Positions 11,323 through 25,352 of a stretch of DNA of 64,000 bases are shown here, piece by piece. Source of the stretch: Octopus sinensis (lineage: Eukaryota); NCBI RefSeq assembly GCF_006345805.1, contig NC_042997.1:65720001-65784000 (forward strand). Direction: 5' to 3'. The notes beneath the pieces are model-generated. The model was not told the DNA's origin and made no database searches. It saw nothing but the letters and a program-made list of their open reading frames with translations. A program made the position numbers and the translations under genes. Within the stretch, counting starts at the first letter, position 1. The number at the start of each line of letters is the position of its first letter.

Positions 11323-13551
11323 TAGATTTATTACTATTCCCTTAGGGACTGGTAACCACTATAAGTTGTGGTTCAGAATAGTTCACACGTATGTATCTTA
11401 TGGGTGTGTATCGGTGTTAGAAGGTAAAAATGATAAATCAGTGCGTTGAAAATTCCTGGGAATATTAAGTTTCGTTTTTTCTATTATTTCCCATTACGCT
11501 CACTTCATCTCACCTTTGGCCGCCCTCCAATGTCTTTGACATAAGTAGGAGACAATGTACTGAGTTTATGTGGTCGAATGAAAAAACTCTTGAATGTGGT
11601 ACCCTAGTATGGCTGTATCTAACATGTGAAAACAGTAACAAAAAATAAGATGATATGAATTTGCTCTGCTTGTATTTCTCAAGTGTACATTTATCAGAAT
11701 ACTCTATAACTGTATCCGCACATACATGTATGTATGTGTCTGCTATTATATTCGATTCCGTGTGTGTGTGTGTTTGTATGCGTATGCGAGAGAGTGCATG
11801 TGAATATGTCGTATACTGTATATATCTATAACAAAATCTATATGTTTGTTATTGAATATATTGACATCTAATGAAAACTGAAAAACTTAAGACCAATGCG
11901 TTATTATACTAAACATGATAATATTATTTTTCTTAACTTTGGCACCGTTACACAAGTCTTTAGTTCGTACGTTTGCGATCACAACATTGTAAAATGCCAT
12001 ACTGACTTCTGTGGTACCTGAGCGAATGCATTAAAATGCGTAATTGACTGACGAACTTCTGATATAATACAGACATTTTCGTTTCAATCACCCAACGACA
12101 AAGGTTAATGATATTGGTAATTCAGTCATGCCCCTGGATCAGTTGGCGAACAAAATTATTTAGTCCAAAAGTATTCAATTTATGTAACTTTTCCAACCAT
12201 CGTAGCTTTGCGCTTCCAATTTCGGTTTATATCGGCAATTCGTTTCTTTTTTTTTTTTTTTGCACACTTTACAAAAGATATATTACAACTGAGGGAAACT
12301 ATGTTTCTATCAGGAGAAAGCGAAAGCAAACAACTCTAATCAAATGTACCAGAAATTTAAACTCAAGTAAACAATGAAATATCCAGCTTCTATATTTATA
12401 AGAAAACAAATAGATAAAACTCTGGGTTTGTTTGTGTTTACATGAAAAACTGGCAAATCACATTCTTCCAATTGTTTCGCTTAGTTTTTGTTTTTATATA
12501 CTTTGCAATTGCATCATATTTATTTTACACAGAAAAGCACCTTTACTTTGCAGTTTATGCTGAAATTTAAGTCATTGAAAGTCGACATGCAAACTTAGAG
12601 CCCAACCTGTGCAGGAATAATCAGAATACCATACATAACAAAGTTATAGCATTGTTTACTGTAAGTTAATTTATGTTCATGATCAATTTTAAAAGTATAT
12701 ATTTTGTGTTTGTAACCAATGAAGCTGAAGTTTCACTCTTTTCTCATTATTTTGCTGATGTTACAGAAGCACCGGCAATCGCTACAACGATCTGGCTTTG
12801 GTACTTGCTTGCTGTGTAGTAATGCATGATTTCATGTAAAGAAAATCGATTCGCAACATGGCAGTTTCAGTGACAAACTCACTTTCTTTACAATGGAATA
12901 AAAACGTTTCAGCAAAGTCGACAAATTATTCCACACTCTTACTATGAAATATGAAATTGTTATTGGCTTAAGGAGAGTCAGTATTACGTAAAAATTAGAC
13001 GAAATAGGACAGCTTTTACTGGTCTATTTCGTTAAAACCATGTTAACCGACATCTTGGTCTTCGACTATTTAATTCGGTAAACACGATTAGTTAATTGCA
13101 TTATCGGATCATAGAGAACGGGCTATTTATTAGCTTGAATATATAACCTGAATATCCAACATCGTGATATTGGAAAGCAGAAACATAAGAAAATTTTCTT
13201 CTTTAGTGTGTTTGTTTGTGTGTGTTTGTTTGTGTGTGTTTGTTTGTGTGTGTATGTGTGTTTTTTTGCGGGGGCAGAGTCTTAACATGTCGTTCATATC
13301 AATATGAATTATCAGTTTTAAGATAAATTTAATTTTTCATGAAGTAAGCTATACCCATATTTGTTGCACGAAACAACAGCTTGAAATTGGATATATACCG
13401 ACATATATACACACATACACACACACGTACATAAACACGCACATTTATATATATATAACAGAGAATAAAAGAAAGAAACAAAGAAACAAAGAAACAAAGA
13501 AACAAAGAACAAAAAGGGAGGTGTGCATGTAAAAATATATTAGACCCAACT

Positions 13552-13768
13552 TACGATGGGTGCTGAAAAATTCCTGGCTTTGAGTAAAAGAAAAATACAG
13601 GAGGATCAATTAATTATGATTTTAATCAATGCATTCCCTTCTCAGATTCACTTACTTATTGCAGTGGTCTTTCATTTTTTCCTAAGCCCTGTAAAAGAAC
13701 TCGGAAGTTTAGGCCTCTAACCAGGCCTTTCGCGATACCCTTAAAGCCAGGAACTTTTCAGCACCCCC
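13552..13768. mobile_element. Mariner-type MITE
   Basis: TACGATGGGTGCTGAAAAATTCCTGGCTTT and inverted AAAGCCAGGAACTTTTCAGCACCCC; second copy near 24761 in the opposite orientation. Confidence 0.75.
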
Positions 13769-14546
13769 ATTCCTCGAACATCTATAGTTATTGAATTCTC
13801 ACAAATACTTTGTATGATTCATATTGTCCACAGAAATACTTCGAAAATATGATACTATATTAAGAATGCCCTAATTTTTCTTTACATTGAACATTTTCTA
13901 CATAACATTTACATTTTTTTTTTTATTTTTGTATCGATATTTTCTAATTTTTTTTAAAGGCTCCGTTTCAAAAACGTTTTTAAAATATCCACTATTAATT
14001 TTTTTAATCCTTAAAAATATAATAGGATGACGCTCAACTTCAAAGACTTTAGTTTCTAATCTTAGAATTCTCAACAGAAAAGCAAAGAACATGATTAATG
14101 TTATTCGTTATTTTCAAAAGTCATTTATTATTTTAATGCCCGTGTTAATTAAATGATGCTAAAAATTCTTTTTTTCCTTCACATGAGAGAGAGGAAGAGA
14201 CAGGAAGAGACAGTGTGTATATGTGCGTTTGTGTGTGCATCTGTGTATGCAAGTCTGTGCTCGACTGCGTTTGTGTGCGCGTGTATTGAGTGAGATGATC
14301 GTTTTGAAAAAATAAATAAATAAAGGGGAAAAATAGGACGGGCCATTCTGATGGCAAGCAGATGATGTAATGGTTATCAAAATAACTATTTAAAGAAGGA
14401 ATCCTAAAGATCACTCGTGCTACATATAAAGAGATGCTTTAATCCTTTGCCAGAAACTAAATATGATGACACTTTGCCATACTCAAGGTTATTTCCTTAC
14501 CAATACAAAATATTTTCAATTAACTTTTACCGGAAATGAATAGCTT

Positions 14547-14555
14547 TGAACAAAA

Positions 14556-14619
<64 letters not shown>

Positions 14620-14890
14620 CATTATATTATTATTATTATTATTATTATTATTATCACTATCTTCATCATCAGCAGCAGCATCATTATCATCATCATCATC
14701 AACATTGTTGTTGTTGTAGCTGTTGTTAAAAGGCTTGTATATTATTACAATGAATACGTGTTTGCTGCCCTTGAGGCAAATAAAAGTAATGTTTATCAGC
14801 AATAATATCATCATCATTTTGTTGTTGTTGTCATCGTTGCCGTTGTAGTTGCTATTACTTCTGCTGCCGCTGCCGCTGCTGTTACATTGG
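14547..14890 (+). repeat. Compound (ATT)/(CAT)/(GTT) trinucleotide tract
   Basis: Direct reading. Confidence 0.9.
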
Positions 14891-14899
14891 GTATTTTAG

Positions 14900-15600
14900 C
14901 TGCACAAACAACCACAAATCTGTTGCCGTTGGTACGTGCAAGTGTTTTCTGAATATTGTGTATGCATGCAAGTGTTGCTGTTATGATTATGTATCTGTCC
15001 ATAACTTTTTGTTATCATTCTCGAGGTATCCATTATCAGGAGGATCGTTCCTGTTTTCCATTTCCACATTCGGGTTATCTCTATTTCTACATCTTAAACT
15101 TAAGTACCCCCACCATTTCTTTTAGAGATACATTAATGTCCCTTGGAAATGATATATCGATTAGAAGACATCTCTTTTCCTGTAAATCACTGGCAATAAT
15201 ATCTGAAAGGTATCCTTTAATCTGTTTGTCTGTATGAAGTCCTTCATATCGTAGAGTTTAGTGACTTTTGTGAGATATGTTTGTACAAACATTATTTCTT
15301 TTTATGTAGGCATTTCCTGAATGTGTCATTGTTTCCAATGCAATATATCTCTAAATTTATAATGCCACTCTATATATTGTGTTTTAGTCAAGACTGAGCA
15401 GCCAGAAGTTGTGGTAGTTTGTTTTACGATCCATACTTTGGTTAATTTTCATAATAGTTTTTTTACCATCAATTAGAAATTGAAAAAACTTCGTAATAAC
15501 TATATAAAAATTGAATTAATTTTATGTGAATTCCATACATCTCTTTCCTTGTAATTCCTTAACCTCAAATTCACATTTTTTAATCCCGTCTTATGTTGTG
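14900..15600 (-). mobile_element. Highly decayed R4/Dong-type RLE LINE 3' region
   Basis: Manual minus-strand translation gives SGCSVLTKTQYIE.H, HWK and TDKQIKGYLSDIIASDLQEKRCLLIDISFPRDINVSLKE, paralleling the 18814-19400 CCHC/RLE region. Confidence 0.65.
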
Positions 15601-18248
15601 AAGGGACAATTATAACCCTTGTGTTAATTGCCATCACTAGATGGAATTGCATATGTTTCATTTAAAGTTTGTTTTTGATAATTCCTGGAGGACTTGATTC
15701 AAAATTAAATACACTTCGGTCTTAGCTTTGATTCATTTGCTACTCGGTTTTCTTTGTTTTTATTCAGTCTTGCAAGTTATTGACTCATCATGGTATTTAC
15801 ATGACAATTTTTACACCTATTTTTATTGACTCTTAATAATTTAAAAGTTCGTTTGGTCACTTTGTCCTTTCACAACAGTATGTTATTTTAGTTTCTCGTT
15901 TCAATTTTTGTTTATTTGTATGTTAGCTTAACTGATCACAGAAAACTGTCTTTTGTTTGCTTATGCTTCGTAGCTGCTTTTATTAATTTCTAATTATTCT
16001 TTACTAAATATTCTAGTAGATTTGAAGTAGAGATTTATTTTATAGTAGTTTTCTAAATGTAATCGAGGTAAGCTGGGTGGTGTTTCTAACACAGCTTGTA
16101 CCTTCTTTTTTTCTTCCTTTTTATCTATTTTTGTTAATTCATTTAGATTCTAGCTGAAAATATGTATACTACTTATTACTAGAACAGCTAGCGCATCGAT
16201 ACATAATTTTACTTATGGCCTATTTTAGCATTTATCACAAGTGCCAAATCTGTCTTTCGTCCAATGAAGACCGTACCTGCACCTTTCGGATCGTTAGACT
16301 GCACGCCACAAATTCATATACTATGCAATGCCCAAACCCGGAGACTTCGACATTTCAAATTAAATTACTGAGCGAGCTTCTGGCTGTACTACGTTTTTTT
16401 TATCTCAATAAGTAATGAAGTAATGTGCTTCACATCATACTTATCTGGGGTAGTTCAGAATGTATCTAGAGCTACCATACTTGGTGTGTCCCTCTATATC
16501 TTTTACATTGTTCATACTACTAACCCGAAAATTCCCAACTTGATTCACTTGTATCTGAGGATTAGCAGAACAGAAAATAACACGGCGGTCTGTACCTGGA
16601 AAACTGAGCCACCCCTACAGTCTGTACGGCTTTAACATGAAAGACCACTATGAGTAGCACATGTCACAGTTGGAAGATAATTTTTTTCTATACATAGAGG
16701 ACACTTAAGCGCTCAAGACAATTGAGCCATAGGAAAAATAGGAAACATAATGATGAGAAACAAAAGACTGGTTACCAATAAGCGTATAATAAAATATATT
16801 CCGTTATAAAAATTGTGTGCACAAAAAATACAATAAATATATATACATATATAAATACATTAAAAATGCATTAAAATATATAAATATATCAACACAAACA
16901 AACTAAAAATTTATTAAGATTATACAAATATATAGTCTTACCTACAATAAAAATGATATCACGAATATGCAAACAGAATGGGTGGAGTACAGCATTAGTG
17001 TAGAATGTGGAAGGTTATAGGTCCTTAAGGTCCGACGGCCGTTTCTGGAGGCATAGTGTTCCAAAGATACAATAGATTTTAAGGTCCATTAATTCATACC
17101 ACTCCCTGCTTTTTCAGGGAAGTTTCCAACTGATAAATGTACATTTGCTATGCTGATGTTATTGAATTCAAAGTTGACAGATTTTATAAAGCATTACACT
17201 TATTATTGTTGAGGTGAAAGTATTGGGTGTGATTTTTAGAGAGCATTATATATATATATATATATATACAAAATATTTCGGCGCTCCTCTTTGAGCTACA
17301 AGTTTTCGCCATAATTTAATCATTCTATGGTGCTAATCGATGTTTCATATTCTACAGTGCATAAGAACTTTCTTAGTTAATTCTTCGCACAATTGTGCAG
17401 ATCCTGCAACGGTTATGAAACACCTAGTGTTTCATTACTTGTTTCTTTTCTCTTCCCAGAATATATTTTACTTCACTTGATCTTCAATCATTTCTGTTAT
17501 GCGTTTATCTAGAGCTCGATAAAAAAAATATGTGGGGAGGGAGTTCAGCTGATTGCTTTGTTCAAGGAAATATTGTCACTTTTCATAATGACAAGCTTTT
17601 GTTTTTACTATGCTGGGTTTTTCTGTTGTTTTGTCCTACATTTTTCTATTTTTCATTTGCATTCTCTATCGCTGATTTTATTAAGGTTCGAGAAATATTT
17701 TTCTTTTATTTTCTATATACTTTTTAATGTTTTGCTCCATTTTATCTACTTGGATTTCAATGTTCCTATACTATCATAGTTGCTACATGATATTTAATTT
17801 ATGCTGGTGATAATGATGTTGCATCAGTTTCCAGTAAGTCTACAATGGACAGTTTTCGCTTTTTCTTTGTTGTTTCCATTTTATCGTTCAGTTTTATCTT
17901 CGCAGGGTGCTTCTGTTGCTCTATAGAAATATATATCGATCTTAATTCTTTAACTGTTTCCATTTTTAGATGTTTTTCATAATAAAAATGTCTTCTCTTA
18001 AATCTTTCTCAAATGCTCACGTTTTCGTTGTAGCTGTTATTCTGTTTTAGATGGTGAGTATTAGGTAGGTGTGCTGATTTGATTCTGTGTTTTTCTATTT
18101 TTATTTTTATTATTTTTTTTTATTTGCTGTTCTAGGTCCATATTTATGACTTCTGTGGGGAAGAAAGAAAAATTATATTATACATCGCAGTAAACTGTTA
18201 TTATTAATGATGTTGGTGGTTTCATCATCATCATCATCATCGTCATCG

Positions 18249-18326
<78 letters not shown>

Positions 18327-18354
18327 TATTATTATTATCATCATCATTATCATT

Positions 18355-18549
18355 AAGGCAATGAGCTGGCAGAATCGTTAGCACGCTGGACGAAATGCTT
18401 AGCGGTATTTCGCCCGTCGCTACGTCCTGGGTTCAAATTCTGCCGAGATCGATTTTGCCTTTCATCCTTTCGAGCTCGATAAATAAAGTAATCTAATCGA
18501 CTGGCCCCACTCCCTCAAAATTTCAGGCCTTGTACCTATAGTAGAAATG
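18355..18549 (+). mobile_element. tRNA-derived SINE family B with (ATT)n tail
   Basis: GAGCTGGCAGAATCGTTAG head, GGTTCAAATTC B-box, central GATTTTGCCTTTCATCCTTTCG domain, AGTAGAAATGATTATT tail. Confidence 0.85.
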
Positions 18550-18611
<62 letters not shown>

Positions 18612-18613
<2 letters not shown>

Positions 18614-19400
18614 GTTTGACTTTTGCCTTGTATTTGTACAAGTTGACTGCAAGTCTCACCCAGAGACCTCAAAAGACAACAAGTTAGAAGTCCATGTTCG
18701 TGTTATGCCTGGGGTGGCATATATTTGGTTTTGCACATAGCAAGTAATGTTGTATAGAATGTTTAACAAAACATAAGAAACTTTTGAAGAAAAGTTTGTT
18801 TTAAGATTTGAGATTACATTGACAGTATTTTACGTAGGATATGGACAGTTCCCATGAACACTATCTTTTGAATTTCTGCTATTCTGGGGTTTCCTAGTAT
18901 CTGAGCTAGGTAGGAATCAGCCCCTTTTACTATCATCCCTAAGGCACCTATGACAACAGGTATTGTTTTAGTCTTGAGGTTCCACATTTTGTTACTTTCT
19001 ATTTCAAGATTTATATACGTGCTCGTATTTTGGTAGGCCTTGACAGAAGCATTTATGTCCATTGGGAAAGTCATATCAATGAGGAGGCATGGTTTTTGTC
19101 TGAGGTTTTTCAATATAATGTCTAGCCTATTCGCATCTATCTTTCTGTCAGTTTGACCGGTGAAGTTCCAAAGGAGTGCGATGTGATCATTTTCATGCAC
19201 TGAAGGTTGTTTGTGTTCCCACCAGTTTTTATCATGGGGTAGTTCCAGTATTTTGCAAATTACTCAGTGAATATATTGTGCTGCTCTATCATGCCTGTTG
19301 AGATATTCTGTTGGCGCAAGAAGACTGCACGTGGAGACAACATGATGAATGGTTTCATTTCCTTGTTTACATACACGACATGTTGGGCTACTGCCGTTCT
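18612..19400 (-). mobile_element. 5'-truncated R4/Dong-type LINE (CCHC finger, restriction-like endonuclease, 3' UTR) ending in (TAA)n
   Basis: CRVCKQGNETIHHVVSTC, RHD, and the RLE segment NRLDII..CLLIDMTFP..IPVVIGALG..IQKIVFMGTVHILRKIL; 3' end joins (TAA)n directly. Confidence 0.9.
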
Positions 19401-19519
19401 TTAATAATTTATTATTACTATCATTAGTATTTTTGTTGTTGTTATTCTTGTTCTTGTATAGCAGCTGCTGCTCCTACTGTTCTTGTTGCAGTCGTTGTTG
19501 TTGTGTTGTTGCTCTTACG

Positions 19520-19725
19520 TCAGAATCGTTAGCACGCTGGGAGTAGTGCTTAGCTGCATTTCGCCTATCTTTACGTTCTGAGTTCAAATTTCGCCGAGGT
19601 CGACTTCACCTTTTATTCTTTCGGGTTCGATAAATTAACTACCAATGAAAATCTTGGGTCGATGTAATCGGATAGACCCCTCCCTATAAATTTCAGGCCT
19701 TTTGCTTATAGTAGGAAGGATTATT
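19520..19725 (+). mobile_element. SINE family B
   Basis: Same head, core and tail as the 18355 copy. Confidence 0.8.
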
Positions 19726-19742
19726 GTTGTTGTTGTTGTTAC

Positions 19743-19952
19743 GGAGGCGAGCTGGCAGAATGTTAGCACACCGGACGCAATACTTACTGAAATTTCGTCT
19801 GTCTTCACGTTCTTAATTCAAATTCCACCGAGGTTGACTTTGCCCTCCATTCTTTTGGGGACGATAATATAAGTACCAGCTGAGTACTGGGTTGTATATA
19901 ATCCAGTGTCACTCTCACCAAACTTCAGGTTTTGTGCCTATAGAAGAAAGGA
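19743..19952 (+). mobile_element. SINE family B with (ATT)n tail
   Basis: GGCGAGCTGGCAGAATGTTAG head and AGAAGAAAGGATTAT tail. Confidence 0.8.
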
Positions 19953-19961
19953 TTATCATCA

Positions 19962-20026
<65 letters not shown>

Positions 20027-20084
20027 TTATTATTATTATTATTATCATTATTATTATTATTATCATTGTTATTATTATTATTAT

Positions 20085-21945
20085 AGAGGAACTGAAGCAG
20101 CGCCTTGTTGCAAAGAAAGCAAAGATGGTAAGGTACGACCAAAGAATGAAGGGTTACCACCAAAATAGGCTATTCAGAGAAGATCAGAAGAAATTCTATA
20201 AAGAAATAAATGGAGAGTGTATAGAGGAAAAGTTGATACCAGATAACAATGAAAGTCAAAGATTTTGACGTGACATCTGGAGCAAAGACAAGGAGCACAA
20301 GAAGGATGCTGAATGGTTGCAAGAACTGAAACAAACAGTAGTCTGTCTAAAACAGGCAGAACTAGTTATTTCAATTAGGGAAGTGAAGGAAATCAGCAAA
20401 AAGATGAGCAACTAGAAGGCCACAGGACCAGATAGAATTCATGGCTACTAGATCAAAAAACTTGGTGAATGTCATGCACGAATAGCTTCAAAATTCAACA
20501 TCTTGTTAAATGCCGACCGAGTAGTACCAGAGTGGTTGACAATGGGTAGGACATTGCTGTGATTGAAAAACATTGTAAAAAACCTTACGGTAGACAATTA
20601 CAGGCCGATATCCTGCTTAACACTTACGTAGAAATTATTGACTGGAAAGTCACAGAGTCAATGTACGGACATCTGGAAAAAATGGAGTCCTGCCACACGA
20701 GCAGAAGGGGTGCAGAGGTACCAAAATTCAACTCCTGGTAGACAAAACTGTACTTAGAGACCGCAGGAGGAGTAAAAATTAACTTAGCCATGTCATGGAT
20801 CGATTATCGTAACGCATACGATATCATACCACATCCTTGGATCATGAAATGTATGAACCTATTTGGTATAGCATCGAATGTTGAGCGATTGCTTGAAAAA
20901 AGTATGGCGAAGTGGAGGACGGAACTGACAGTGTATGAAAGAAGCTTAGGGACAATAGAAACCATCCTATCCTCACTCATCTTTGTACTGTGCATGATAC
21001 CACTAACAATGATTCTGAGGAAAGCAAAAGCTGGGTATGTATTCAACAACCGCCAACAAAACGTCAACCATTTGTTTTACATCTATGATCTCAAACTTTA
21101 TAGTAAAGATGAAGCCCAAGTCATTTCCCTCGTTGATACGGTGTATACTTTTAGTGTTGATTTCAGAATGGAGTCCGGACTGAAAAAGTGTGGTGCGTTA
21201 GTCTTGAAGAGAGGCAAAAGTAAATGTATGGACTGGCTAACGATACCGTCGGGAGAGATTATGAAGCAAATAGAAGAGACGGGCTATAAATACTTGGGGA
21301 TATTGAACATGGATAAATTGAGGGAGAAATAAATGACAGAAAAATTTAAGGTAGTGTACTTGCGCAGACTGAGATTGATCAATAAGTCGAACTTTAACGA
21401 ACGGAATAAGATTGAAGCTATCAACACTTGGGCGGTTTCACTCCTTAGATATGGGGCAGGGATAATCGCATGGACAGTAGACGAACTAAACATCTTAGAC
21501 AGAAAGACAAGGAACTTGCTGACTAGATATGAGATACTCGATCCCAAAAGTGACAGACAGACTATATGTAGCAAGAAAAAGAGGGGAAGGAGACTGATTG
21601 GATGCGAACATAGCATTAAATCAGGAGAAAACAACATAGCATGGTATGTAAAAAATACCACAGAACCGCTATTATTGGAAGTAAGAAGGTCAGGCTTGTG
21701 TAGGATGGAAGATTGCAAAGATAATGGACTGTACAGTACTTGAGAATGAATGAAACTGCAAACAGATGGATAAAGAAAAGAAATCATGGACAATTTCATA
21801 GGGATGTTGAAGATAAGACTATCGCTAAAAATTTGAACAGACGGATATAGGAAATATGCATAAAACCCAGTTTAGTACAGATCCATAAAAAAGTATTATT
21901 AGGAGGGGTGTTGGCATCTAAGGTTACTTGTTGTAGCCCGATGTA
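20085..21945 (+). mobile_element. 5'-truncated, internally deleted R4/Dong-type LINE (RT domain)
   Basis: EELKQR..YHQNRLFREDQKKFY, KATGPD, NYRPISCL, WIDYRNAYD, LFYIYDLKLY, YKYLGI, IEAINTWAVSLLRYG, GQFHR; jumps near 21820 to the ORF C-terminus, with CCHC and RLE missing. Confidence 0.9.
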
Positions 21946-22212
21946 CAAGGCTGTGTAGATTTTAGAACATTTATAAATAGAAAGTCTTACAGCTGTTTCT
22001 AGGATATTTATTATATCCCTTCAGCGGAGACGGTGTGAGAAGATGGTTACGCAATAGTTAATTTAGATAAGATACGAAGTAGAGAGTGAGGTGGAGGAAT
22101 GAAAATAGATGTGATATGCAGGGATATTGTATTTGTAGATCCAGCTGTAAGACCATCTATTTATTAATGTTTTATAAATGTTTATAAATGTTTTAAACTC
22201 TACACAGCCTTG
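21946..22212. mobile_element. Foldback element with inverted arms and a degenerate hammerhead-like motif (Penelope pLTR-like)
   Basis: CAAGGCTGTGTAGA...AAATAGA..GTCTTACAGCTG is inverted at about 22141-22212; minus strand 21984-22031 reads gtct-ccg-CTGAAG-GGATAT/ATATCC-ta-GAA-ACAGCTGT-A-agac. Confidence 0.6.
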
Positions 22213-22238
22213 GTTTCTTATCTCATTACGGAAAAAAA

Positions 22239-22275
<37 letters not shown>

Positions 22276-22507
22276 TTTATGTGTAGACAAGATGTGTGGT
22301 CCCTCAATCAGAGCGGAACATATCGAAATGTGTACCATGTTCTTAAATTACAATGACGAGGCAGGAAAATGGACATAATTGATATTCTACACGCCTGTCC
22401 ATCAGAGTTATTGGTATTAACGTTGACCCAAGTCTGATTTTCGTTCTCTAGAGTAAATAATATGTTTGCAATTACCGAGGTCTACAGTATCGACTAAATC
22501 CCACTCC

Positions 22508-22640
22508 AAATATTATCATTATTATTATCATTACTACTACTACTACCACCATCACCACCACCACCACCACCACCACCACCACCACCATCACCACCACCAC
22601 CAACACCACCATCACCACCACTACTGCTACTACTTGGACT
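22508..22640 (+). repeat. (ATT)/(ACT)/(CAC)n tract
   Basis: Direct reading. Confidence 0.9.
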
Positions 22641-23129
22641 GTGGATTTGCAAAATTGCTAACGCATCGGGAAAATGCTTTGTGCTGTTGTCACACTCTCC
22701 CATAAATACCCTCACATCAGAACATTCAGAAAGAATAATCTTTGATGTCGCTAACGTTACACATTATTTTTCAAACATCATGGATTCAAAAAACTGTACA
22801 AAGCCACCATTCTACTTACAAACCTAATGCAGGTAATATATAATGACGTTAACAATAAATAACATCCTACACATACGATTCCGCCTACCTTCGATGCCAC
22901 CAACGCGTTGTTTTTCTTTTTTTTTTTTGCTCCACTCATACAAAAATACGCAATGCCGTCTAAATAAACAGCATAAAATGCTGCTAAGCTATAGTTGCCA
23001 CCAAGCCTATGTAGTGTGCAATGCAATACATCCAGAGTCTCCCGTCTCACGAAAGGAATACCACTGGGAACCGGCCCCTCGGTCATCTTTTTTTTACCTA
23101 GACTCACACAATTCCACCCTTTCATAAAG

Positions 23130-23940
23130 GATACAGTAAGACACATCTGCATATAACATCAATCTCACATCCTGTAATCAATCTCCAGACACTCTGAACT
23201 ACTATTCCAGCCCTACTCAAATCACCTTCGAGACCTGGTTCTACGATAGTAAGCTTCACAAAATAGCGCCTACCACATCTACTGTGCCCCTCGTGATAGC
23301 AACACCAAAGAACATGAAATAAAACCTTCATTCAATTAACATCATAATTATACCACATACACTCACACAAAATAAAAATACTGGGAGTTTTGTACAATTC
23401 TTTTACAATATTCAAAACACACCTAGGAGATATGGTAAAGAAATAAAAGCGAAGCGTCGCAGATATACATTTAAAGCGATCAGAATTAGTAGAATTTAAC
23501 CAGCAGAAATAACAATTACATACAATGCAATAGATCTATAGTAGACTATACCAGGTTCCCCAGTCTTTCCATTAAAGAACCACACTAAGCTACAAAAGAA
23601 TGAACTGTGCATCATAACAGATTGCACAGTAATAATACTACACAACAATGCAGAAATACTGAAACTAAAAGAATAATACTTGAACATACAAGTTGTACAA
23701 TTTTTTAATGCAGCAAGCTTCAGAACCAACAGTCCATCTCCAAACACCCCAAAACATCTACAATACTCCATAGCACTACTACAGCAACATCCAGAACCAA
23801 AATAAAGCTATTTCTCCCACTCAGCACAGAAAAATCTAAGAAACGCATACGTGCATAAATAACTGCAGTATCAATGGTGTCAGTGGACCCAAACACTCTA
23901 CTGGTAGAGGAACAGTAGATATGCACTCTGAGTGCATCTT
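23130..23940 (+). mobile_element. Possible very decayed Penelope-like RT-thumb/GIY-YIG remnant
   Basis: Weak motif resemblance only (LNYYSS-P; AYHIYC..KEHEIK..HHNY); no intact frame. Confidence 0.25.
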
Positions 23941-24692
23941 GCCAGCTTTCGCTTTAAGCATTACTAGGAGCTACGGTCATAATGAAGTAAAGATGCAATA
24001 TTCCCAAACTGTCGCACGATTCATCGCAGCCAGTTGATATTTACATATTGATCCTCAGATACGTACATCTGTAGGTTGCAACTAACTGTTTCGCAGACGA
24101 CCCATGTGTCGTAGAACTGCTAAATCAGAGTTCGTCTTACTTACACAATGATTACAACAAAACAAAAAGCAACGGCGGAGACAAGACTGGCAATAAAAGA
24201 CTTTTTTTTAAATAAACAATATATTAATGGAAACAATACTAATATCGAGAAATGTAGCTTATTTCTCGATAACTGACCGGAACGCTGGTTTCAGTTCAAA
24301 AGTAAACATAAACAGTTAGTTTTAAGAGTAGTACTAAAAGTAGTACAAGGTTTTGACTTATGAAAAACGTTTAATATATATTTTTAGTACATTGTGGTTG
24401 CCTAGCTAGACACAGTATCTCTACAAGGCATTAATATTTACGTACCAGCTTTCAGGAATACGTTTAATATGTAACATTGGTATATCCAGTAACATTACAC
24501 AGTTACATGTAGTGGTATTTAAGCAATCAGTTCGTGGGTGATTAAAGGGTTAGACACATAACCATTTTTATCATATTATTTGTTTATATCTGGCGTCTCG
24601 GATACGAAATGTCGCACAAAAATCGGTGGTGGCTATAATTTCTATGAAAAATCTGTAGAGATATCCTTAACACATGATACATACATATATAT

Positions 24693-24760
<68 letters not shown>

Positions 24761-24761
<1 letters not shown>

Positions 24762-24940
24762 ACGAGATGGTACTGAAAAGTTCCTGTCTTTAATGGTATG
24801 GATTGAAGATCTCAAATTTTCGAGCTCTTTTACAGAAAATAGGAAAACTGAAGAACTGCTGCAATAAGTTTGTGAATCAATAGGGGAATATGTTGAATAA
24901 ATAATTAACTGATCGTCAAAGCCAGGGACATCACACTACC
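24761..24940. mobile_element. Mariner-type MITE, same family as 13552, opposite orientation
   Basis: TACGAGATGGTACTGAAAAGTTCCTGTCTTT...CTGCAATAAG...AAAGCCAGGGA aligns to the reverse complement of 13552-13768. Confidence 0.65.
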
Positions 24941-25253
24941 CCATTGTATGCCTTCATCCAGCTTCAAAAGCTCAATCAGCTTTACTGAACGTGTTATGAA
25001 TGAAAATGGCCTAATAACCAGTCTTTTGGAATCAAACGGTATTCATTTCTCGACCCCGAACGATTGACAGGCAGGATTTGAACGCACAGCACCGAAACAG
25101 ATAACGCAAAGTACTCTATTCGAGACACCAATACATCGATACGCCGGCTCATATAGAGATATATTTTATCATATTGAAGATAAATATTAGAAAGACAAAG
25201 GCAAAATATCAGACAATTAATCATTTATACACCCACCCACCCCACACACACGC

Positions 25254-25352
<99 letters not shown>

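Noticed and set aside
11500-11650. LINE 3' end sharing a tail with SINE family A
   Set aside because: Similarity (GTACC..AGTATGGC...TGAAA) is too short and degenerate to call.
12765-12820. Possible terminal exon encoding EAPAIATTIWLWYLLAV
   Set aside because: An acceptor-like site and short hydrophobic peptide are within chance expectation; no supporting exons.
16215-18170. Possible additional LINE protein remnants on the minus strand
   Set aside because: Only vague motif resemblance; no family or frame can be assigned without an HMM search.
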